Source: a virus (lineage: Duplodnaviria > Heunggongvirae > Uroviricota > Caudoviricetes). From it: a stretch of DNA of 35,403 nucleotides. This document shows positions 26,051 to 35,403 of the stretch, in pieces; the first letter of the stretch is position 1; the number at the start of each line of letters is the position of its first letter. Where the stretch lies: the IMG/VR virus record IMGVR_UViG_2648501437_000004; one strand, given 5' to 3'. The translations under genes and the position numbers were made by a program. Below the pieces are notes generated by a model that was not told the origin of the DNA, ran no database searches, and worked only from the letters and a program-made list of their open reading frames with translations.

Positions 26051-28025
26051 AACTATTAAAGATTTCCTCGTCTCGCTTGGCTTCAGTGTGGATGATGCAG
26101 GAGCGAAAAAGTTCGGTTCTGTCCTCGCCGGTACAACTGCAAATGTCATCAAAATGGGGCTGGCTGTTGAAGGAGCTGCGCTGTCCGTGGTGGCCTTTAC
26201 GGCTAAGATCGCCTCCGGTCTGGATAATCTTTACTGGGCGTCACAGCGCACCGGCGCGACAGTCCAGGGAATTCAGTCTATTGGCTATGCGGTTTCGCAG
26301 GTTGGCGGCAGCGTGGACGCTGCGCGATCTTCTCTGGAAAGCCTCTCCCGGTTTATTCGTAACAATCCCGGGGCGGAAGGCTTCCTGAATCGCCTGGGCG
26401 TACAGACCCGTGATGCCAGCGGCAACATGCGTGACATGGCCGCTATTTTTACAGGTGTAGGCCAGAAGCTCAGCGGTATGCCGTATTACCGGGCTAACCA
26501 GTATGCGCAGATGCTGGGCATTGACGAAAATACCCTGATGGCTATGCGTCGCGGAGTGGGGCAGTTCAGCGCTCAGTATTCAGAAATGGTGAAAGCGATC
26601 GGATTTAATGCCGATCAGGCTGCCTTATCGTCAAACCGGTTTATGACCTCGCTGAAATCGCTCGGTGAAATGGCCGGGATGGCGCGGGACAAAATCGGAT
26701 CGAATCTTGCGGGCGGACTGGCGGGGCAGATTGATAACCTGCGCAAAAAGATAATTGAAAATTTTCCCAAAATTGAAGTCACCATCACAAAGGTCATAAA
26801 GGGGATCCTCTGGCTGGGTGAGATAGTCGGGCGGGTAGCATTTCGGATAGTCGATGGTGTCGGAGATATCATCGAGTGGTGGGGGAAACTGGATGCCGAA
26901 ACGAAAACCCTGATAGAGGTTATCGGCGGTCTGGTTGTCGCCATGCGGATACTTAACTCTACTTTCTGGATGTCACCTATAGGGCTGATTACCGGTCTGA
27001 TCGTGGCTCTCGGTCTCTTGTGGGAAGACTACAAAACATGGAAAGAAGGCGGTAACAGTCTTATCGACTGGGAAAAATGGCAACCGGCAATAGATAAAGC
27101 GAAGGATGCGATCACCTGGCTTCGTGATCACCTTCTGGAACTAAAAGATGGTGTTGGCGGCTGGCAAAATGCACTGGAAATCCTCGGTACATTCATCGCG
27201 GGTGTCTGGGTATCCAGGGTTCTGGGGGCTTTCGGGAAAATATCTGGTTTGCCGGTACCTCCATGGTTAAAAGGCTGGATGGCTTATGCTGCTTATTTGT
27301 ACTCCGATCGCGAAAATATTGGTGCCAGTGCGAAGTCATCCTGGGATTACACGAAACAAAATATTGGAGATTCATTGCGCTGGCTTGGCATTGATACCGA
27401 TTTTGGTCGTAATCCTCATACCGTAAAAGGCGCAAATATTCAGTCAGATATTCCAGGTGCTGAGCCGGAACAACATGCACAGGCTACGAAGCGAGGAGAA
27501 CGGAATAACAATCCGGGAAACCTTAATTTTGCTGGTCAGGCGGGGGCTTCTCTTGAACGACCGGGCGGGCGATTTGCCAGATTTGAAACCGCTTTTGATG
27601 GATTACGGGCTCTTGCTCGTCAGTTAATGCTGTACGCCGGACGGGGAATAAACAGTGTGGAGAAAATTATCTCTACCTGGGCACCTGCGTCTGATAATAA
27701 CAACACAACCGCGTATATCAGGGCTGTATCGCAACGACTGGGAGTGGATCCCCGGGCTGCCCTGAATATGAGCGATCCGCAAACCATGTCAGCATTGATG
27801 AGCAGCATTATCCAGCATGAGAATGGAAGAAATATCTATTCTCGAGAGCTGATTAATAAGGCTGCCGTGGCGGGAATTAGTGGCAAAGTGACAGAGGTTA
27901 ACCAGCAAAATACCTACCATATTTACGGTGGCGGAGATCCGCACGCTGTCGGTAATGAGGTTGCACGTCGGCAACAGTCTGCAAATGCTCAGGTCATGCG
28001 AAGTAATCAGGTGAGGGTGGGTTAG
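26040..28025 (+). CDS. Tail tape measure protein
   Basis: ATG 26040 with GAGAGG Shine-Dalgarno (track start 26019 is TTG). Large protein with helical N-terminal region and central hydrophobic segments, after the chaperone. Confidence 0.7.
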   Translation: MNAETIKDFLVSLGFSVDDAGAKKFGSVLAGTTANVIKMGLAVEGAALSVVAFTAKIASGLDNLYWASQRTGATVQGIQSIGYAVSQVGGSVDAARSSLESLSRFIRNNPGAEGFLNRLGVQTRDASGNMRDMAAIFTGVGQKLSGMPYYRANQYAQMLGIDENTLMAMRRGVGQFSAQYSEMVKAIGFNADQAALSSNRFMTSLKSLGEMAGMARDKIGSNLAGGLAGQIDNLRKKIIENFPKIEVTITKVIKGILWLGEIVGRVAFRIVDGVGDIIEWWGKLDAETKTLIEVIGGLVVAMRILNSTFWMSPIGLITGLIVALGLLWEDYKTWKEGGNSLIDWEKWQPAIDKAKDAITWLRDHLLELKDGVGGWQNALEILGTFIAGVWVSRVLGAFGKISGLPVPPWLKGWMAYAAYLYSDRENIGASAKSSWDYTKQNIGDSLRWLGIDTDFGRNPHTVKGANIQSDIPGAEPEQHAQATKRGERNNNPGNLNFAGQAGASLERPGGRFARFETAFDGLRALARQLMLYAGRGINSVEKIISTWAPASDNNNTTAYIRAVSQRLGVDPRAALNMSDPQTMSALMSSIIQHENGRNIYSRELINKAAVAGISGKVTEVNQQNTYHIYGGGDPHAVGNEVARRQQSANAQVMRSNQVRVG

Positions 28026-28612
28026 TGGATATTCTCTCTACACTTTTTCATCAGCAGAGCAGAAAAATAGGAATGATTGTTCCCAGTGTTGTTATTTCAG
28101 AGAAGCATACAGATATGCTTGAAATAACAGAGCATCCGGTAGAGGTCGGGGCCGCTGTCGCTGATCATGCCTATAAAAAACCGTCAGAAGTGGTGATGGA
28201 GGTTGGTTTCGCCGGTGGCGGCGCATTGCTGGATTTTGCCAGTAACCTGACGGCTACCAGCCTGCTCGGCCTGAGTCCTCAGCAGACGTATCAGGAGCTA
28301 CTGGATCTGCAGGAAAGCCGTATCCCCTTCGATGTGGTAACCGGTAAACGGCTGTACAGCAACATGTTGATCCGGGCGCTGGAAGTGACGACGGACAAGA
28401 CAACCGAAAACGTCCTGTCCGCCGTCCTCACCCTGAGGGAGGTCATTATCTCCCGGACACAGCAGATTACCGTCGCGGATAAAACCAACATGAAGGAAGG
28501 GGCCAGCACGTCGGCGGTACAGAACAGCGGCAACAAAACCACAAAACCTCCAGATACTTCACTGCTGAAAAGCATCACGGGTAACGTGGCGTCATTACTG
28601 GGGGGCGGCTAA
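28025..28612 (+). CDS. Hypothetical tail/baseplate-associated protein
   Basis: GTG 28025 overlapping the tape-measure stop (alternative ATG at 28073); 195 aa. Confidence 0.45.
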   Translation: MDILSTLFHQQSRKIGMIVPSVVISEKHTDMLEITEHPVEVGAAVADHAYKKPSEVVMEVGFAGGGALLDFASNLTATSLLGLSPQQTYQELLDLQESRIPFDVVTGKRLYSNMLIRALEVTTDKTTENVLSAVLTLREVIISRTQQITVADKTNMKEGASTSAVQNSGNKTTKPPDTSLLKSITGNVASLLGGG

Positions 28613-28914
28613 TGACAATTCAGGAAATTCCGCTGACAGCGGACAACCAGCAGTTCAGCATCGTCCTGGGTGGTGTCACCTGGCGGATTAGCATCATATG
28701 GCGCGATCTGTACTGGATTATGGACCTGCAGAACGACAGAGGGGAGCCGGTAATCTCCGGTATTCCTCTCGTCACTGGTGCTGACCTGCTGGCGCAGTAC
28801 GCCTGTATGGGGCTTGGTTTTAAGCTGGTGGTGGTCTGTGATGACAACACACAGGATTACCCCACAAAAACTGACCTGGGCGGTCGCAGCCATTTACTGG
28901 TATCAACGGAGTAA
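28612..28914 (+). CDS. Hypothetical tail/baseplate-associated protein
   Basis: 100 aa, tightly packed in the tail operon. Confidence 0.45.
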   Translation: MTIQEIPLTADNQQFSIVLGGVTWRISIIWRDLYWIMDLQNDRGEPVISGIPLVTGADLLAQYACMGLGFKLVVVCDDNTQDYPTKTDLGGRSHLLVSTE

Positions 28915-28916
28915 GC

Positions 28917-29978
28917 ATGTCACAGAACTGGATGAGACATTTCGAGCTGCAGCTTGTGGACGGGAACGGTCAGGGAATTGAGCTAAGTGATTTTAAAGTC
29001 ACCTTTACGATCGACTGGTTCAACATCAGCAGCGCGTCCCGGGTAGGGACTATCAAAATTTATAACCTCTCGGCAGATACTGTGAACCGAATCACCGGGC
29101 AGGAGTTTTCGAAAGTGCGTCTGATTGCCGGTTACGACGGTATCGCGCCGGAGGTGTCGGCAAGCGACGTCGGGACCGTGCGGGAAGTTGACGCGGCGGA
29201 CGTGGGTCAGAGTGATGGCCGCAACTACGGACTGATTTTCAGCGGTGAAATTCGCTACTCGGTCACAGGAAAAGACAGTCCGGTTGATTCCTACGTCCTG
29301 ATTCAGGCAGCAGATACTGATCTGGCTTTTGCCACCAGTATAACCTCACAGACGCTGGCTGCCGGTTACACGGTCGCTGATGTAAACCGTGCGCTGATGA
29401 AAGACTTCGAAGCCAAAGGCGCGACCGAAGGCCTGACGCCTGAAATGCCTGCTACTGTATTCCCCCGGGGGCGGGTACTCTTTGGCATGACGCGGCATCT
29501 AATGGATAACGTAGCCGGGCAATGTGGCACAACATGGCAATTCGTGGACGGTCAGCGCCAGATGGTGGCGAATAACGAATATGTTCATGAAGCGATTGTG
29601 CTCAACAGCGCTACCGGGCTTATTGGCATGCCGCAGCAGACTATCGGTAACGGCGTAAACGTCCGCGCGCTTATTAATCCGAACATCCGGGTTAACGGAC
29701 TTATTCAGCTGGATCAGGCTTCCGTGTATCGTACCGCCTTGTCGAACAACGATATTGCGATGGCTGGTGGTCAGATCACCGACCAGAACACGGATGGAAA
29801 TATCACGCTAAGCGGCACCACATCGCAGCCTGCCAGCATCGCAACGGATGGCGTTTATATTGTGCGCGGGATTATGTACACTGGCGACACAAGGGGCCAG
29901 GCGTGGTACATGGATATGATGTGCGAAGCGCGTGGCGCGGCGGATCTGTATACGCGATCGGCTTTGCAAAGGGGATGA
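28917..29978 (+). CDS. Putative baseplate hub / tail protein (Mu gpP / P2 gpD-like by position)
   Basis: 353 aa between the tape-measure-proximal genes and the baseplate spike genes. Confidence 0.5.
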   Translation: MSQNWMRHFELQLVDGNGQGIELSDFKVTFTIDWFNISSASRVGTIKIYNLSADTVNRITGQEFSKVRLIAGYDGIAPEVSASDVGTVREVDAADVGQSDGRNYGLIFSGEIRYSVTGKDSPVDSYVLIQAADTDLAFATSITSQTLAAGYTVADVNRALMKDFEAKGATEGLTPEMPATVFPRGRVLFGMTRHLMDNVAGQCGTTWQFVDGQRQMVANNEYVHEAIVLNSATGLIGMPQQTIGNGVNVRALINPNIRVNGLIQLDQASVYRTALSNNDIAMAGGQITDQNTDGNITLSGTTSQPASIATDGVYIVRGIMYTGDTRGQAWYMDMMCEARGAADLYTRSALQRG

Positions 29979-29981
29979 GCA

Positions 29982-30323
29982 ATGAGGGGTATTATTTTTC
30001 TGTTAGCTGTCTTTTCTGCGTGCAGCGCGTGGGCGGATGGCTTCACGGTTAAATGCGGTGGCTACACTATGGTTGCAAACCAGGGCGAGTTATCGACTAT
30101 CAACGGTGAAAGAGTTACCTCTCAAAAAATCACCGAACTGGGTACCAATGGTTTGAAAGTAGACATGGGGCTTATGCCTGCCAAAGACGGTAACAACTAC
30201 GGCTTTGAATACATTCGTCGCCCTGGTACCGAAACGCGATTCCTGAATGTCCAGCTTCTGCAGAACAGCATGGATGCGCCGAAAATCATCGGATCTTTCC
30301 CTTGTAAAAAAGTGGCTGGGTGA
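29982..30323 (+). CDS. Small secreted protein or lipoprotein (accessory gene in tail operon)
   Basis: Signal peptide MRGIIFLLAVFSACSAWA (signal peptidase I site AWA|DG, or weak lipobox FSAC); GGGGA Shine-Dalgarno; starts 4 nt after the hub stop. Confidence 0.6.
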   Translation: MRGIIFLLAVFSACSAWADGFTVKCGGYTMVANQGELSTINGERVTSQKITELGTNGLKVDMGLMPAKDGNNYGFEYIRRPGTETRFLNVQLLQNSMDAPKIIGSFPCKKVAG

Positions 30324-30349
30324 AGGTAACCTGAAATTCGTAACGCCTG

Positions 30350-30387
30350 AAAAACAACAAAATGTGCTCTAAAAACTGTTGTTTTTT
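30350..30387 (+). terminator. Possible weak terminator after the secreted-protein gene
   Basis: aaaaacaaca ... tgttgttttt inverted repeat followed by a T run; AT-rich stem and 17-nt loop, so weak. Confidence 0.3.
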
Positions 30388-30472
30388 GAGACGAGCGATT
30401 ACACTGCACTGACTTTTTGATGGTGGATTGCCATCGATATGCTACTTCATTAAAGCCAGGAATAACTAAAAC

Positions 30473-31204
30473 ATGAGCTTAGCGCAGCCAAAATCAGGAG
30501 AACTGTTAGATCTTCTGACTCCTTCATTAACTAAGGGTGAAAACCTTCTGAGTGAGTTTGAAATCCATCGAATCATTCGTGAAGCGAAGAAACTACCTGA
30601 ACGTTATCAGGGGCTATCAATTGAAGGCTTAGCTAAGCTTGTTCTTGGTGAAATAGATGAAGGATGTTCACTCTGTGAGCGGGGGTTGAGAATAGCGCCT
30701 AACGATCCAGTTTCTTTTTGTAACTATACGATTGCGCTGCGTAACTTAGGTTTGCATGCTCGCCAGTATGTGATGATTCAGAAAGCATCTGATTCACTTA
30801 ATCCAACGATATTGGCTGAGGTTGCTACAATTTCTGCATACTGGGTTGATATCGATTTGCTTGAAAAGGTGATGCCGATGCTAACTGCAATGGAAGTGCC
30901 GCGCCCTGAAGATATGGGCAAATGGTATGACACGCTCAATTATCTGCATACCCAAAAAGATCATGCTCAGGAGCTAAAAACTATTGGGCGGCTCATGATG
31001 AACGTTGCAGAAAAGTACCGCGCTCGTCTTGCTGGCGCTCATGCTTTTTATGTAATGTCAGAACTTGATACGCTGTTCGTTGAAGTCAAAACAGACGATC
31101 CAGTGCTTCTTTCGCAGATGAATAATGCCTTGGCTGATGAGATTATTATTGCGGGGCTTGCGGATTCAGAATGCGTCGGATGCTTTGAAGCCGGGGAACT
31201 CTAA
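30473..31204 (+). CDS. Hypothetical protein A of inserted two-gene cassette (243 aa, predicted largely helical)
   Basis: ATG 30473 with AGGA upstream; GC about 40-45% by hand count versus about 55% in flanking tail genes; no family recognised. Confidence 0.65.
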   Translation: MSLAQPKSGELLDLLTPSLTKGENLLSEFEIHRIIREAKKLPERYQGLSIEGLAKLVLGEIDEGCSLCERGLRIAPNDPVSFCNYTIALRNLGLHARQYVMIQKASDSLNPTILAEVATISAYWVDIDLLEKVMPMLTAMEVPRPEDMGKWYDTLNYLHTQKDHAQELKTIGRLMMNVAEKYRARLAGAHAFYVMSELDTLFVEVKTDDPVLLSQMNNALADEIIIAGLADSECVGCFEAGEL

Positions 31205-31632
31205 TGTCGGTTGAGCATACCTGTTTTCTTGAATTGGCTAAGCATTCCCTGGCTCTAAACGGTGAGATGTGGACGAGAAATGCTATTAGCCGAGCATACT
31301 ATGGTATGTACCATTCCGCCTTACGGATCACCAACAATCTGGTACCGACCGCTACACAAGATGGTGAAAAACTAAAAGGTGGAGTTCACATGCGAGTCTA
31401 TACGGCCTTTTGTAGTGGTGAGGCAGCTGCACTTAACGATGTTGATGTTAACGCAGTAAAGAAAATCGGCGTTAAACTGAAAATGACGCATGCCCAACGT
31501 GTTAATTCTGATTACAAGCTTGAGCGGAAAATCAACCGGATTACCGCGAGAAGTGTAATTCTGGATGCGGAAGAGGTCGATGCAATCGTTAATCAATTAC
31601 TGAAGATTGGTGATGACTCGTTAACTGCATAA
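31204..31632 (+). CDS. Hypothetical protein B of inserted two-gene cassette (142 aa); tentatively HEPN-like helical protein
   Basis: TAATG start/stop overlap with gene A; GGGGA Shine-Dalgarno. N-terminal helix with RAYYGMYH (R-x6-H) is reminiscent of HEPN nucleases; not verified. Confidence 0.6.
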   Translation: MSVEHTCFLELAKHSLALNGEMWTRNAISRAYYGMYHSALRITNNLVPTATQDGEKLKGGVHMRVYTAFCSGEAAALNDVDVNAVKKIGVKLKMTHAQRVNSDYKLERKINRITARSVILDAEEVDAIVNQLLKIGDDSLTA

Positions 31633-31652
31633 GCTGAAATTTCTCAAAATTC

Positions 31653-31677
31653 AAACCCGCCACTTGGCGGGTTTTTT
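31653..31677 (+). terminator. Strong intrinsic terminator after the two-gene cassette
   Basis: aaacccgcc-actt-ggcgggttt hairpin with a TTTTTT run, 20 nt before the baseplate spike gene. Confidence 0.8.
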
Positions 31678-31696
31678 GCTTTCTGGAGCCTACTAA

Positions 31697-32449
31697 ATGG
31701 CAGTATCTGACCAGACCCGCAGCGGCGACCTTGCCGAAACATTTAAATCTGAACGGGAAACAACAAAGAACCAGATCCGTGTCGCCTTGCCTGGCATTGT
31801 TCAGTCATTCGCTCCTGATGCGGTGACGGCGGTTGTACAGCCTGCTATCCGTTACGTTGAAATTGATAACGACGGCAACCGCATTACCAAAAATTACCCA
31901 TTGCTGGTGGATGTGCCAGTGGTATTCCCGCGTGGCGGAGGCTGTACGCTAACGTTTCCAGTTAAAGCCGGTGATGAATGTTTGGTGATTTTTGCCGATC
32001 GTTGTATTGATTTCTGGTGGCAGAGTGGCGGGATACAGGAGCCGGTCGATGACAGAATGCATGATTTATCGGATGCGTTTTGTATTGTCGGTCCCCAGTC
32101 GCAGGCAAGGAAGATTAGCGGTATTAATACCAGTGCCACACAGTTGCGTAGTGATGACGGCAGCACCTATTTTGAGCTTAATCCTGATACCAGGAAAATT
32201 AAAATTGTCGCTCCGGGGGGCCTTGATGTGGTTGCCCCTCTGGCTGATTTTTCTGAGAAAGTAACCATTCATGGCCTGTTAACCTGGATGGGAGGCATGG
32301 TGGGGTCTGTTGTTTCTGGTGTGGCTTCAAAAATCACTGGTGCTGTTGAGTTTTTGGGTAGCGTGAAGGCTAACGGCAAGCCAATCGATGATACGCACAC
32401 TCATGGTGGTGTTCAGCGCGGTGGAAGCAATACCGACGGAGTAAACTGA
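31697..32449 (+). CDS. Baseplate assembly protein V-like (spike) with His-rich apex motif
   Basis: 250 aa; GGAG Shine-Dalgarno; C-terminal DDTHTHGG motif resembling metal-binding spike apices; first of the V/W/J/I-like baseplate set. Confidence 0.6.
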   Translation: MAVSDQTRSGDLAETFKSERETTKNQIRVALPGIVQSFAPDAVTAVVQPAIRYVEIDNDGNRITKNYPLLVDVPVVFPRGGGCTLTFPVKAGDECLVIFADRCIDFWWQSGGIQEPVDDRMHDLSDAFCIVGPQSQARKISGINTSATQLRSDDGSTYFELNPDTRKIKIVAPGGLDVVAPLADFSEKVTIHGLLTWMGGMVGSVVSGVASKITGAVEFLGSVKANGKPIDDTHTHGGVQRGGSNTDGVN

Positions 32450-32802
32450 TGCGATACAGACGTGAAGACGCCGATGGCGATTACACCTTTGGCAGCGGTG
32501 ATGACACTTGGCTGATTAACTCACCGGAGGCCGTGGCGCAGGCGGTAAAAACTCGATTCGAATTGTGGTATGGGCAATGGTTTCTCGACACCACCGAGGG
32601 GACTCCGTGGATCCAGTCCGTACTCGGTAAGCAGAAGCCGGAAACCTACAACCTGGCGATCCGTAAGCGCATTCTGGAAACGCAGGGCGTTAAATCAATC
32701 CTCTCTTTCAATACGACGGTGGATACCACGACCCGACGTGTCATGTTTTCCGCTGAAATCGACACTCTCTATGGAATAACGACTGTTACATCGGAGGCGT
32801 AA
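32449..32802 (+). CDS. Putative baseplate protein (W/gp25-like by position)
   Basis: 117 aa, ATGA overlap with the spike gene and the J-like gene. Confidence 0.45.
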   Translation: MRYRREDADGDYTFGSGDDTWLINSPEAVAQAVKTRFELWYGQWFLDTTEGTPWIQSVLGKQKPETYNLAIRKRILETQGVKSILSFNTTVDTTTRRVMFSAEIDTLYGITTVTSEA

Positions 32803-34001
32803 TGGCTCTGAACCTTGATTCTCTCGGTTTATCTGCAAAGGTAACCGCGGAGGGGATCAGTGCGCCTGATTATCAGACGATACTCAGCACCCTGATTAGC
32901 TATTTTCAGCAGATTTATGGCAGTGATGCCTACCTCGAACCGGACAGCAAAGACGGCCAGATGGTGGCTCTGATGGCGCTGGCGATTCATGATGTCAATA
33001 ATATGGCGATAACTGTCTACAACTGTTTTTCACCGGCAACCGGCTATGGGGCTGCACTGACCAGTAACGTGAAAATAAATGGTATTTCACGTAAAGGCGC
33101 GACGAATTCTACGGTTGATTTGCTTCTTACAGGAACTGCCGGAACAACCATCATTAATGGCAGCGTGAAAGACAGTAATAATGTGATATGGCGTTTGCCT
33201 GCTTCAGTGGTGGTCGGCGTGGATGGTACAGTGATGGTGACCGCAAAATGTTCCGTCAGTGGTGCAGTGGCGGCGCTGGCTGGAACTATCACTGAAATTA
33301 ATACGCCAACCCGTGGCTGGGTTTCGGTAACCAATCCTGCTGCAGCTACTGTAGGCACTCCAGCAGAAACTGATGCGGAGTTACGTATCCGCCAGTCGCA
33401 AAGTGTTGCGTTGCCATCAATAACCCCATTTGAAGCACTGGATGGTGCTGTTTCTAATGTTACCGGTGTAACCCGCCACAAACTCTATGAAAACGATACT
33501 GGTTCGGAGGACGGTAACGGGTTACCGCCACACTCTGTTGCTGTAATTGTGGATGGCGGTGATGTAACGGATATTGCTCAGGCTATCAGAGGAAATAAAG
33601 GCCAGGGGACAGCCACTCACGGTACAACATCCGTTACGGTTCCGGATAAATACGGCAATCCCCATGTAATCAAATTCTCGCGTTCCAGTGATGTGCCTGT
33701 TTATGCCCGGATTAAATTAAAAGTTTTTACGGGTTATACCTCACAGATAGGGCAGCAGATCCAGCAGGCTATTTCCGACTATATCAATAGTCTTACGATC
33801 GGTGATTCGGTCCTTTTAAGTCGCATTTACTCACCGGCGAATCTTGGCGTGGTGAGTGGCGGGAATGCACGCTATTACGATATTCAGGAACTGACGATTG
33901 GGAAATCCCCGGGGGCTTTGTCGTCATCAAACATTGATATCAGATACAACGAATCTGCGTCCTGTACCCCGGAAAATATCGTTATAACGGTGGAGTCATG
34001 A
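32802..34001 (+). CDS. Baseplate J-like protein
   Basis: 399 aa; size and position typical of Baseplate_J proteins; overlaps neighbours. Confidence 0.6.
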   Translation: MALNLDSLGLSAKVTAEGISAPDYQTILSTLISYFQQIYGSDAYLEPDSKDGQMVALMALAIHDVNNMAITVYNCFSPATGYGAALTSNVKINGISRKGATNSTVDLLLTGTAGTTIINGSVKDSNNVIWRLPASVVVGVDGTVMVTAKCSVSGAVAALAGTITEINTPTRGWVSVTNPAAATVGTPAETDAELRIRQSQSVALPSITPFEALDGAVSNVTGVTRHKLYENDTGSEDGNGLPPHSVAVIVDGGDVTDIAQAIRGNKGQGTATHGTTSVTVPDKYGNPHVIKFSRSSDVPVYARIKLKVFTGYTSQIGQQIQQAISDYINSLTIGDSVLLSRIYSPANLGVVSGGNARYYDIQELTIGKSPGALSSSNIDIRYNESASCTPENIVITVES

Positions 34002-34678
34002 GCAAATACACCGAACTAATCACAAACTACCACGCCACCAAACCTAAATTTCTTGCACATGTTGATCTGATGACCCGGCCGCTTATTGATGTTGCGGCTG
34101 CCACCAGAGGGCTGATTACTGCATTTGATATTGACTCTGCGGTTGGTGTGCAACTTGACATTCTGGGATTGTGGATCGGACGTAGCCGTGTTGTCAGCCA
34201 GCCTATTTCAGGTGTCTATTTCAGCTGGGATACCGACGGGCTTGGATATGATCAGGGTGTATGGCAGGGGCCATACGATCCTGATTCCGGATACATGTAC
34301 CTCAGCGATGAAACTTATCGTGTCATCCTTAAAGCGAAGATTGCGATTAATAACTGGGACGGACGGAATGATTCGCTTCCGGCAATTCTTGACGCGGCAA
34401 CAGCAGGATCCGGACTGCGAATGCAGATAGTCGATAACCATGACATGACGATATCGGTCTGGGTCTTTCCTGATACTGATATTTCAGATGTATCGCGTGA
34501 GTTAATTGCGGCAATTAAACAGGGGTATCTCACAGTAAAAGCCGCCGGGGTATGGGCGGGTGGCATTGAAACACCTTCGGTGGAAACCCCATCGGAAGGT
34601 TCAAAATTTTTTGGTTTTGATATGGATAACGAATTCATCAGTGGTTTTGATGTAGGGGCATGGGGAGTATTACTCTGA
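33998..34678 (+). CDS. Putative tail protein I-like (baseplate/tail fibre attachment)
   Basis: 226 aa between the J-like gene and the tail fibre. Confidence 0.5.
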   Translation: MSKYTELITNYHATKPKFLAHVDLMTRPLIDVAAATRGLITAFDIDSAVGVQLDILGLWIGRSRVVSQPISGVYFSWDTDGLGYDQGVWQGPYDPDSGYMYLSDETYRVILKAKIAINNWDGRNDSLPAILDAATAGSGLRMQIVDNHDMTISVWVFPDTDISDVSRELIAAIKQGYLTVKAAGVWAGGIETPSVETPSEGSKFFGFDMDNEFISGFDVGAWGVLL

Positions 34679-35403
34679 TGGCGAAAAATGACTTTAAAGC
34701 GTTTGCAACTGATCGGAATGCCAATGTTATGTCGCAGGAGGAATGGGAAGCGTTGCCTGCGCTTTTATCCGGATTTACAGCAGGGAAAGCATCCAGTGCG
34801 CAAGTCAATAAGGTTATTCGGCAGGCCAGCTTTATTGCTGCAGCTCTGGCCCAGTTTGTAAGTGACAAAACGCAACGGGATGTGCTTGATAATGGTGATC
34901 TGCCCGGTTTTGTTGAATTGCTGGGATCGGGGTTTGCTGTTGAATACCTGAGCCGCAAGAATCCGTTTGGTGATATCAAATCGGATGGCACGGTGGAAAC
35001 GGCTCTCGAAAACCTTGGTTTGGGAGAAGGAGCTCCAGCTATTGGCGTTCCGTTCTTCTGGCCGTCCGCTGCAATGCCAGATACCGTAATCGATAGCTGG
35101 TCCGGTATGGTGTTTTTGAAGTTCAACGGCGCGAAATTCTCTGCCACTGATTACCCTGTGCTGGCGAAAGTGTTTCCGGCTCTGGCATTACCTGACGCAC
35201 GCGGTGATTTCATTCGTATCTGGGATGACGGGCGCGGGATTGATGTCGGACGTACCCTACTTTCAGGGCAATCACACACAATTATGGATCATGCACACAA
35301 TATGGGTAAGCGTGCAGCAAGAACCGTATTGACGGGGATGTGTTATTCAGTCGGCAGTGCTACGCGCCAGGGGAGCAGTTCGCCGACCCGGTTTATCGGC
35401 CAG
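34678..35403 (+). CDS. Tail fibre protein, 3'-partial, with phage tail collar domain
   Basis: ATG 34678 (ATGA overlap); frame open to the window end. Collar-like [63 protein letters not shown]. Confidence 0.7.
   Translation, partial: MAKNDFKAFATDRNANVMSQEEWEALPALLSGFTAGKASSAQVNKVIRQASFIAAALAQFVSDKTQRDVLDNGDLPGFVELLGSGFAVEYLSRKNPFGDIKSDGTVETALENLGLGEGAPAIGVPFFWPSAAMPDTVIDSWSGMVFLKFNGAKFSATDYPVLAKVFPALALPDARGDFIRIWDDGRGIDVGRTLLSGQSHTIMDHAHNMGKRAARTVLTGMCYSVGSATRQGSSSPTRFIGQ

Noticed and set aside
34638-35147. 169-aa minus-strand ORF at the right edge
   Set aside because: It is antisense to the better-supported plus-strand tail fibre gene (collar-domain motif, ATGA coupling to the upstream gene), which is absent from the track only because it runs off the window.

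Overview
The window is almost entirely one enterobacterial temperate-phage (prophage) segment with a mosaic layout; the only non-phage element is an IS66-family transposase 3' fragment at the left edge (1-428). All calls rest on reading the translations and DNA by eye; no searches or computations were run, so family names are recalled motif matches, not database hits. Left to right: (1) an accessory TIR-like gene (508-1269); (2) a leftward early operon with family A DNA polymerase, DUF2815 SSB-like protein, DUF2800-type nuclease and two unknown proteins, interrupted by a strongly AT-rich membrane-protein gene on the opposite strand (3444-4073); (3) a lambdoid immunity region with CI repressor, Cro-like regulator, a near-consensus PL-like promoter and a repeated operator-like motif; (4) a primase-polymerase-like initiator followed by an iteron-rich putative origin (11498-11762); (5) a phage-82-type Q antiterminator and a lambda-like lysis cassette (holin, R endolysin, Rz with embedded Rz1); (6) terminase, portal and head genes; (7) a contractile-tail module with a -1 frameshift chaperone, tape measure, baseplate genes and a tail fibre that runs off the window. 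The strongest candidate for an undescribed system is a two-gene, translationally coupled cassette (30473-31632) inserted between the baseplate hub and spike genes, with lower GC and a strong downstream terminator. Other candidates are the TIR-like protein, the AT-rich membrane protein, and a coiled-coil/zinc-ribbon gene (7267-7785) convergent with the PL-like transcript. No integrase, attachment site, tRNA or CRISPR array was found.
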